Source: a virus. From it: a stretch of DNA of 64,000 bases. Both the position numbers and the translations under genes were made by a program. Below, piece by piece: positions 57,132 to 64,000 of this stretch. How positions within the stretch are numbered: the first letter of the stretch is position 1; each line of letters starts with the position of its first letter. The stretch spans positions 1 through 64,000 of the IMG/VR virus record IMGVR_UViG_3300047552_000145; one strand, given 5' to 3'. A model generated the notes under the pieces. It had not been told where the DNA came from, made no database searches, and was given only the letters and a program-made list of their open reading frames with translations.

Positions 57132-58493
57132 ATGCCAGTACAACTTAAAAAATTAAACAATCTGAACTTGCTCGATTTGTCTACTTGGACAGTTGGGCAA
57201 AACACAGTTGCAAACTTTCCAATCAACGGCGCAATTGCAGAGAACAATAGAATCTATGACACTGGTCCATATGGTCAATCTGTTTTAGTTTGGGGCACAT
57301 ACCCAACTGGTGGTAGTGATGCCGATGGTGGTTGGGAAGGTACATACGTTATGATAGATAACACTAAAACATACAGATATTCTGTATGGGTTAGAAGAAC
57401 ATCTAGCACTAGCGCTGGTACTTTCTATATGGGGTGCCATTCTAATGGTTCTGGAGACGTATATGGTCTTCACGATGGCGCATCAAATACTAATCCATAT
57501 TTTGATTATAGAAGCACAAGCTATTTTAGTCAAAACCAGTGGTATCTAGTTGTTGGTCACATCTTTCCGCATACTACTCCAACTGGCACTGCACCGCATA
57601 ACGATACTGGTATTTGGACTAAAAAGGGTGGTAAGATTTTCGGCAATCAAGGAAATATTCCTTGGGATTGTAAATGGAGTCCTTCTGCAAATGCTGGTAT
57701 GCACAGAACATACCACTATTACTGTGGTGATACAACAACACGCTTACAATTCTACTCTCCAAGGATAGAATTGGTTGACGGCAATCAACCAACTATTGAA
57801 CACCTGTTAAACATAGATTTAACAAATCCATCAGTTCAACCAGAAGCTATTGTTTATAGCGACGGCACACCACAGGCTACTTCTGCAAACACCCCAACTA
57901 AAGATCACGGAGAGATTATCTCGATGTCATCTTATACTTCATCTGGAACATATACTTGGACCAGACCAACTAACTGCACTAAAGTTTTAGTTAAGGTTGT
58001 TGGTGGCGGTGGTGGAGCAGCTGGATATTGTGAATCTGGTGGTGCTGGTGGTTATGCAGAAAAGTTAATCAGCGTAGAGAACGTGAATAGCGTAACAGTA
58101 ACAGTTGGCGGAGGTGGTAGCAACACAGGTTATTACGCAGCAGCTGGTAATGGTGGTACTTCTTCATTCGGTTCTTATGTTTCTGCTTCTGGTGGTTATG
58201 GTTCTAACCAGAACATCAGCCACACGGGTGGTTATGGTGGTGTGGGTTCAGGTGGCGATATTAACTTGTATGGTGGTGGTGGCACTGGACACAGTAACAG
58301 CATGTCCCATGGTGCAACTGCAAGAGGCGGTCGATCATATTTCGGCGGAGCTTCTGGTTTAAATAGAGCATCCTCTGGATCAACAGTTGGCACGGCGGCA
58401 CCAGGCGTAGGTGGTCCAGGGGGGCGAACTAACGAGAACTGGGCTGGTGGTGTAGGAACTGCTGGAGCAGTATTTATTTGGGAGTATAGGTAA
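57132..58493 (+). CDS. carbohydrate-binding-like domain plus glycine-rich module (copy 3)
   Basis: DADGGW, KTYRYSVWVRR, NPYF, WYLVVGH; C-terminal Gly-rich module. Confidence 0.72.
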   Translation: MPVQLKKLNNLNLLDLSTWTVGQNTVANFPINGAIAENNRIYDTGPYGQSVLVWGTYPTGGSDADGGWEGTYVMIDNTKTYRYSVWVRRTSSTSAGTFYMGCHSNGSGDVYGLHDGASNTNPYFDYRSTSYFSQNQWYLVVGHIFPHTTPTGTAPHNDTGIWTKKGGKIFGNQGNIPWDCKWSPSANAGMHRTYHYYCGDTTTRLQFYSPRIELVDGNQPTIEHLLNIDLTNPSVQPEAIVYSDGTPQATSANTPTKDHGEIISMSSYTSSGTYTWTRPTNCTKVLVKVVGGGGGAAGYCESGGAGGYAEKLISVENVNSVTVTVGGGGSNTGYYAAAGNGGTSSFGSYVSASGGYGSNQNISHTGGYGGVGSGGDINLYGGGGTGHSNSMSHGATARGGRSYFGGASGLNRASSGSTVGTAAPGVGGPGGRTNENWAGGVGTAGAVFIWEYR

Positions 58494-58955
58494 ATGAAAA
58501 GAGCATTAATTAGTTTAATTGAAATTGGTAGAGTTTGTGAAGTTGTAGAACAAGGAAGAGAGTTCGAAACAACTTCTGATTTTAAATGGGTTGATTGCCC
58601 AGACGATGTTTTAACATCACATACATACGATGAAAGCACTAATACATTCACGCCACACAACCCTCTGGCGATCCCAGGGTTTGTTGAAGAAGGTTACAGA
58701 GTTGCTCGTCAGATCGCATATAAGAGCGTAGGTGAGCAAATGGATATGATGTTCAAAGAATTAGCCGCGACTGGAACTATTGCGCCAGATGGTCCTTGGG
58801 CTTCTCACGTCGCCCAAGTAAAAGCCACTATCCCGAAAGATGATCCAGCAGCAGTTATGGAATGGAATAAACAACACGCTGCAACTCTAGCTGCCGCTAC
58901 TGTCGCTGCACCTGCACCAGTAACCGAACCAACTAGCCAAAATCTACCAACATAA
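58494..58955 (+). CDS. tail fibre assembly-like protein
   Basis: F.WVDCPD, R..AY.S.GEQ.DM, W..H...VK..IPK. Confidence 0.65.
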   Translation: MKRALISLIEIGRVCEVVEQGREFETTSDFKWVDCPDDVLTSHTYDESTNTFTPHNPLAIPGFVEEGYRVARQIAYKSVGEQMDMMFKELAATGTIAPDGPWASHVAQVKATIPKDDPAAVMEWNKQHAATLAAATVAAPAPVTEPTSQNLPT

Positions 58956-58958
58956 ATA
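58951..58958 (+). promoter_or_regulatory. T4-type late promoter
   Basis: CATAAATA upstream of the U32-like gene. Confidence 0.55.
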
Positions 58959-58990
58959 CATTATAACAATTTAGTGAGGTGAACGTTTTT

Positions 58991-60226
58991 ATGAATAAAT
59001 TCTCTAAGAGATTTTCTGTTGCGCATTTTGATAGATTTAGTGGTGAATATGAAGACTTCTATTATAGGGTCATGAAGAACGCTGATCCAGCGTACTTGGA
59101 TAACATCCACGATGTTTATTTTGGTAAGTATTTTGAATATGAATACAAGGGTGAGGTTAAACGATGTGGTAACGCCATGGGTGTTCAAGCATCAGACGCC
59201 CAAGTAGATTATTTGTTTAAACTACAAGAAGAAACTGGTGTTGAAATATCTTTAACGTTCAACACAGTTGAAGTTCCAAACGAGGTTGTATTTGATCACG
59301 ACATTCGCGCTAAGTTCGTTGAGTGGATTGGTTCATATTATGATAGAGGTTTAAGGTCTTGTACAATCAGCTCAGAGCATATTATGCGCACGGGTGAATT
59401 ACAAGCTAGATGTCCAGACATGCGTTGGAAGTCTACTGTAAATCAGATTGTGGCAGACGCACAGCAACTAATTGACTATGCATACCTTGGTTATAATACA
59501 ATTCTGCTAGACCGTTCTTTAAATAGAAACATTAAAGAGCTTCGCCGTATTCGCGAAGCTCAAAATTATCTAAACAGCAAAAACCCTCAAAAGAAACTAC
59601 TAACATCTCTATTGGTGGCGGAGTCTTGCATCTATAGATGCCCGTTCAAGAAAGAACACGACGCTGTTGGTGAACATATCAGTACAGAATACTTTGCTGG
59701 ACCAGCGAACCTTTCATGTAACGGATGGAGAGGTCTACAACAATTCGCAGAACTACCACGTTCAGGTATTGACTTGGTTGCCAACGACGCTACTATGTTT
59801 AACAAGTTCTTTGATTTAGTTGATATTTTTAAATACTCTGGTCGTTTGACAGTCCCAGCAACCAACTTAGAAGATACCGAACACCTAAAGGCAGTTTGGT
59901 TCTATAAGGGTGGCGACAGGTTTAAGCAGGTTATTAAGTTCGCAAACGAAACAGTTTATGCTGATAACTTTCAAGATATTGTTGAAAATAACTTAATGCC
60001 AATCCACGAATGGGTTCCAGGATGGGTTGATGTAAGGACTGTAAAGGGTGATTACACAAAAACCTTCAAAGGATACAACGGCATTTGGACAACTGAAGGT
60101 GGTAAAAAACTAGAGAAGTTGTTATCTTCTTGTAGAAACCAATGTTGGGATTGCCACGAGTGCGAGCGTACTTTTGGATTCCAAGACATTGACTCAGCAT
60201 TACAAATAAGGAAAGAATTTAAATGA
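58991..60226 (+). CDS. peptidase U32-family-like Fe-S protein
   Basis: SD GAGGTGA before ATG58991; LDRSLNRN, ESCIYRCP...H, KYSGR, C-terminal CRNQCWDCHEC. Confidence 0.65.
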   Translation: MNKFSKRFSVAHFDRFSGEYEDFYYRVMKNADPAYLDNIHDVYFGKYFEYEYKGEVKRCGNAMGVQASDAQVDYLFKLQEETGVEISLTFNTVEVPNEVVFDHDIRAKFVEWIGSYYDRGLRSCTISSEHIMRTGELQARCPDMRWKSTVNQIVADAQQLIDYAYLGYNTILLDRSLNRNIKELRRIREAQNYLNSKNPQKKLLTSLLVAESCIYRCPFKKEHDAVGEHISTEYFAGPANLSCNGWRGLQQFAELPRSGIDLVANDATMFNKFFDLVDIFKYSGRLTVPATNLEDTEHLKAVWFYKGGDRFKQVIKFANETVYADNFQDIVENNLMPIHEWVPGWVDVRTVKGDYTKTFKGYNGIWTTEGGKKLEKLLSSCRNQCWDCHECERTFGFQDIDSALQIRKEFK

Positions 60227-61845
60227 TGAAAAACCAAATTAACTCTATCACGATTGTTGGCGGTGGAAGTTCTGGTTGGATGACAGCAGCAGCTATTTCT
60301 AAGCAACTCCCAGAAGTAAAATTAACATTGATTGAATCGCCAAACATTCCAATCATTGGAGTTGGAGAATCTACAATTGGTCATATTAATGAGTTCTTAA
60401 GTTTATTAGATCTCAAGGATGAGGATTGGATGCCTCACTGTAATGCAACTTATAAAACTTCTATCAAGTTCATTGACTTTAGAGAGAATCCAAAAGAAGA
60501 ACCTCATAAGTTTCACTATCCATTTGGTATGTTTGATTTCACGGATAAACCAAGATCTATTATGGATTGGTTTATCAACAAGGTACACAACCCAGAAATT
60601 GACAATTCAAACTTTGCAGAGTTCTTTCATGATTCAATCTTGATGACTGATAAGAACAAGCTAACAAAGAATGAAGATGGAAAGGTTCGAGGTTTTGATT
60701 TTAGAACCGACACTGCGTACCACATGGACGCCACAAAGTTTGGTATATTCTTACGAGATAAACTATGCCTACCATCAGGTATGACACATATTCTCGATGA
60801 TGTTACTGAGGTTAATAAAGACGAAAACGGTTACATTAAAACTATCTCCACAAAACAATCTGGTGATCTACACGCTGATTTGTTCATTGACTGTACTGGT
60901 TTTAAATCTTTATTATTAGAACAAGCGATGGGTGTAGAGTTTGTGTCTTTTCACGATACCCTAATGAACGATAGTGCTATCGCTACTATCATCCCTTATA
61001 TCGACAAAGATAAAGAGATGGAAAACTACACAAGTTGTACAGCGATTGAAGCTGGATGGGTTTGGAATATTCCTCTATGGAATCGTATCGGCACTGGATA
61101 TGTTTATTCTTCTAAGTTCGCCACTAAGGAAGAAGCCGAAGCGCAGTTTAGAAAACACTTAAAAAGCAACCGTATGATATTCCCAGACGCAGAACGTGCG
61201 GATACTTGCGAAGTGCGTCATATTAAAATCAAACATGGTGTTCATAAAAAGGCATGGGAAAAGAACGTTATCGGTGTTGGTTTGTCTAATGGCTTTATTG
61301 AACCGCTAGAGTCGACAGGGTTGATGTTAACTCATGAGTGTATCACAAAGATTATTAGCCTGTTGAAGATGAGAAATCGAAATGTAACACGCTTTGATGT
61401 TGACACTTTCAATTACGCTTTTTATGAACAGATCTTAGGGTTTAAGGAATTTATCTCCCAGCACTATGCGCTGTCGATGAGGAACGATACTCCATATTGG
61501 AAACATGTATCTGGTAATGTTGAGTATTCAAAGTCTATGACAGAATTTGTCCCAGCTATTCTAACATCAAACCAAGACTTGGCTTCTAGGTTGTTTAGGT
61601 CTAGAGTATTTGATAACTCTTCAATGAGCGGCATCATCTATATCGCAGCGGGTATGGGTTATAACCCAATAGATTCTGCTAAGATTAAATACCAGAACTT
61701 AAAATATATGGAAACTGTTGATGGACAGAAAGAAGTGTATTCTAACTGGCTCTTACATAAAGAAGAAGTATTAAAACATATCGAAACTCTTGAGACTCAC
61801 TATAAATTCCTTGCAAGAACTATTCATAAAACGGAAGAAGCATAA
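60223..61845 (+). CDS. flavin-dependent tryptophan halogenase-family enzyme
   Basis: GGGSSGW, GVGEST, ATYKTSIKF, AYHMDA, FIDCTGF, GWVWNIP, GFIEPLESTG. Confidence 0.92.
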   Translation: MMKNQINSITIVGGGSSGWMTAAAISKQLPEVKLTLIESPNIPIIGVGESTIGHINEFLSLLDLKDEDWMPHCNATYKTSIKFIDFRENPKEEPHKFHYPFGMFDFTDKPRSIMDWFINKVHNPEIDNSNFAEFFHDSILMTDKNKLTKNEDGKVRGFDFRTDTAYHMDATKFGIFLRDKLCLPSGMTHILDDVTEVNKDENGYIKTISTKQSGDLHADLFIDCTGFKSLLLEQAMGVEFVSFHDTLMNDSAIATIIPYIDKDKEMENYTSCTAIEAGWVWNIPLWNRIGTGYVYSSKFATKEEAEAQFRKHLKSNRMIFPDAERADTCEVRHIKIKHGVHKKAWEKNVIGVGLSNGFIEPLESTGLMLTHECITKIISLLKMRNRNVTRFDVDTFNYAFYEQILGFKEFISQHYALSMRNDTPYWKHVSGNVEYSKSMTEFVPAILTSNQDLASRLFRSRVFDNSSMSGIIYIAAGMGYNPIDSAKIKYQNLKYMETVDGQKEVYSNWLLHKEEVLKHIETLETHYKFLARTIHKTEEA

Positions 61846-61848
61846 ATA
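61841..61848 (+). promoter_or_regulatory. T4-type late promoter
   Basis: CATAAATA upstream of gp13. Confidence 0.6.
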
Positions 61849-61875
61849 ATATATTAGCTAATAACCGAGAAGAAT

Positions 61876-62841
61876 ATGGCTGTCGCAACTAGAGAACAAT
61901 TAAAACAATATGCGCTGCGAGCACTAGGTGCTCCAGTGCTAGAGATCAACGTGGACGATGTACAGTTAGAAGACCGTTTAGACGAAGCGTTAGATTACTG
62001 GAATTTATACCACTACGAGGGTGTAGAGCAGATGTATTTGAAGCACCGTATTCGTGCTTCTACTCTAAACCTTCAATCTAACAACGGTACAGACTTTGTG
62101 GTTGCTGAGGTTATCACTGGAGCTACTTCTGGCGCACAAGCCAAGGTTATTCTAGAATCTGGTAGTCAACCTGTCAACGGAAGTATCTATGTACGAAATG
62201 TAACTGGTACATTCGTTGCTGGAGAAACTATTACTGGTTCTTCTGGTCATACTGCTGTTCTTGCTGCAACCAATCCAGTCACTCTTGGCGAGTACGATCT
62301 AAAATACATTACAACACCAGACTACGTTTATGGTGTTACTAAAGTTTTAAATATTGGTCAAGCATCATCGTCTAAAAATATCTTTGACTTACAATACCAA
62401 CTTCGCTTAAACGACTTATACGACCTTACTTCTACATCTATCGTATATTATAAAACAGTGATGTCACACTTGGCGATGCTTGACCTTGAATTAAACGGAC
62501 ACCCATTGTACCGTTTCAATCGTATGCAAAACCGTTTGTACCTTGATGTAAATTGGGAAACTGATATCATTATTGGCGACTACGTTTTATTACAAGGATA
62601 CCGTGCTATTAACCCAGCAGACTTCGCTAAAGTATTTGGCGAGCCTTGGTTGAAACACTATGTAACTGCGCTATTTAAAAAGCAATGGGCAGTTAACATT
62701 AAGAAGTTCTCTGGTTTACAACTACCAGGTGGTGTTACTCTTGATGGTGATAAGCTATACGCTGAAGCTGTTAAAGAGATTGAAGATCTAGAAGACGAAC
62801 TACGAACAAAATCAGCACCACTTGACTTCTTCTTGGGGTAA
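61876..62841 (+). CDS. gp13: neck protein gp13
   Basis: R..LK.Y.LR.LGAPV.EINV...Q.EDR.DEAL, W.K.Y.TAL.K.QW..N..KF.G.QLPGG.TL.G. Confidence 0.93.
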   Translation: MAVATREQLKQYALRALGAPVLEINVDDVQLEDRLDEALDYWNLYHYEGVEQMYLKHRIRASTLNLQSNNGTDFVVAEVITGATSGAQAKVILESGSQPVNGSIYVRNVTGTFVAGETITGSSGHTAVLAATNPVTLGEYDLKYITTPDYVYGVTKVLNIGQASSSKNIFDLQYQLRLNDLYDLTSTSIVYYKTVMSHLAMLDLELNGHPLYRFNRMQNRLYLDVNWETDIIIGDYVLLQGYRAINPADFAKVFGEPWLKHYVTALFKKQWAVNIKKFSGLQLPGGVTLDGDKLYAEAVKEIEDLEDELRTKSAPLDFFLG

Positions 62842-62844
62842 TAC

Positions 62845-63504
62845 ATGGCAACTAATCCATACTTCACCCAAGGGACAACAAGAGAACAAGATCTCATCGA
62901 GGAGATCATCATTGAGTCTTTGAAGATCTACGGTAAAGACTTCTTATACATTCCTCGCACTCAGGTATCAACAGACCGTATCTTCGGCGAAGATCGTTTG
63001 AGTAAATTCGAGCACGCTTATCCAATTGAGATGTACTTTGATAACATTGAGAGTTTAGCGGGTCAGGGTGCTATGATTCAAAAGTTCGGTTTACTAATGG
63101 ATCAGTCTGCAACTCTAACAGTTGCCCGTAAACGATGGACAGATTTAATCGGTGTGCACGGTACAACATATCTTCCAAACAGACCAAACGAAGGTGATTT
63201 GATTTATTACCCTTTAACTAAAGGTTTGTTTGAAATCAAGTTCGTTAAACACCAAGAGCCTTTTTATCAACTAGGTCGTTTGTATACTTACAAACTCGAC
63301 GTTGAATTATATCAATACTCTTCTGAGAAAATTGATACAGGTATTGCTGATATTGATACGTTTGAAACTCTCAAGTCTTTCGACGTGGCAATCAACCCTC
63401 AAGTTGAAGACGCTACTGGTTTCGCAGACAACCAAACATTCAAAGATAAGGCTGTTTCTGAAAATGCGGTGTTCAATGAGAACAATCCATTTGGAGAAGT
63501 TTAA
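62845..63504 (+). CDS. gp14: neck protein gp14
   Basis: EQ.L.E..I.ES.K.YG....Y.PR, FGED..SKF..A..IEMY, RPNEGDLIY.P, FEI.FV....PFYQLG. Confidence 0.93.
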   Translation: MATNPYFTQGTTREQDLIEEIIIESLKIYGKDFLYIPRTQVSTDRIFGEDRLSKFEHAYPIEMYFDNIESLAGQGAMIQKFGLLMDQSATLTVARKRWTDLIGVHGTTYLPNRPNEGDLIYYPLTKGLFEIKFVKHQEPFYQLGRLYTYKLDVELYQYSSEKIDTGIADIDTFETLKSFDVAINPQVEDATGFADNQTFKDKAVSENAVFNENNPFGEV

Positions 63505-64000
63505 TGTTAAATAATAGCGTATTTTATCACGGTATTGTTAGGAAATGTATTATCGGATTCGGTCGTCTGTTTTCTAACATCTATATTGACCGCAAAGAAG
63601 ATGACCCAGTAAATGGTCCAACTGTTCAGAGATTACACGTTCCATTGTCTTATGCGCCGAAGGAAAAATGGTTAGTTCGTTTGGATGAAGATCCAACATT
63701 AGAGAACCACACGCTGACTTCTCTACCTAGAATGTCATTTGAAATTATCGCATACACTTACGATTCTTTGCGTAAGGTTAACCGTATGCAATATATGAAG
63801 AACGATGCCGCAGTTGCTAATGGCGATACATCTACATCTATTGTAAGAACTCCAGTCCCATACAACATTGATATGTCGTTGTACATCGTTACAAAGACAC
63901 AAGAAGACGCCCTTCAGATTATCGAACAAATCCTTCCTTGGTTTACCCCAGAATATTCTATGACCATTAATGCCGTAGATGATATGGGTATTACTTTGGA
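63504..64000 (+). CDS. gp15: tail terminator/sheath stabiliser gp15 (partial, runs off window)
   Basis: Hand translation MLNNSVFYHGIVRKCIIGFGRLFSNI...VPLSYAPKEKW...LPRMSFE...PVPYNI...DALQIIEQILPWF.PEY. Confidence 0.92.
   Translation, partial: MLNNSVFYHGIVRKCIIGFGRLFSNIYIDRKEDDPVNGPTVQRLHVPLSYAPKEKWLVRLDEDPTLENHTLTSLPRMSFEIIAYTYDSLRKVNRMQYMKNDAAVANGDTSTSIVRTPVPYNIDMSLYIVTKTQEDALQIIEQILPWFTPEYSMTINAVDDMGITL

Noticed and set aside
55110-58493. Diversity-generating retroelement template/variable repeats
   Set aside because: All copies are coding, differences are not adenine-specific, and no reverse transcriptase is present in the window

Overview
64 kb of a large T4-like (myovirus) phage genome, AT-rich and almost entirely coding. 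From 1 to ~7.6 kb there are small early/accessory genes behind sigma70-type promoters (TTGACT/TTTACT-N17-TATAAT): a phosphoesterase, a MazG-like NTP-PPase, a HAD nucleotidase, a denV-like glycosylase, phoH and an exonuclease. From ~7.6 to 14 kb lies the most striking locus, a RiPP-like modification cluster. It has a Cys/Asn-rich 128-aa peptide behind a T4 late promoter, a radical SAM/SPASM enzyme, an unknown protein, a flavin-dependent halogenase, a B12-dependent radical SAM enzyme and two flanking 2OG-Fe(II) oxygenases. Next come a circularly permuted two-piece tmRNA (tag ANDEVFALAA, suggesting a betaproteobacterial host), a 5'-UTR pseudoknot, SleB, ClpP, gp33, gp59 and gp32. From ~19 to 64 kb is the virion module: baseplate genes, a gp5 carrying GH19 and M15 domains, a 2444-aa virion protein, an expanded tail fibre/adhesin array ending in a U32-family protein plus a second halogenase, then gp13, gp14 and gp15. 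All calls come from motif recognition by eye; no database searches were run.
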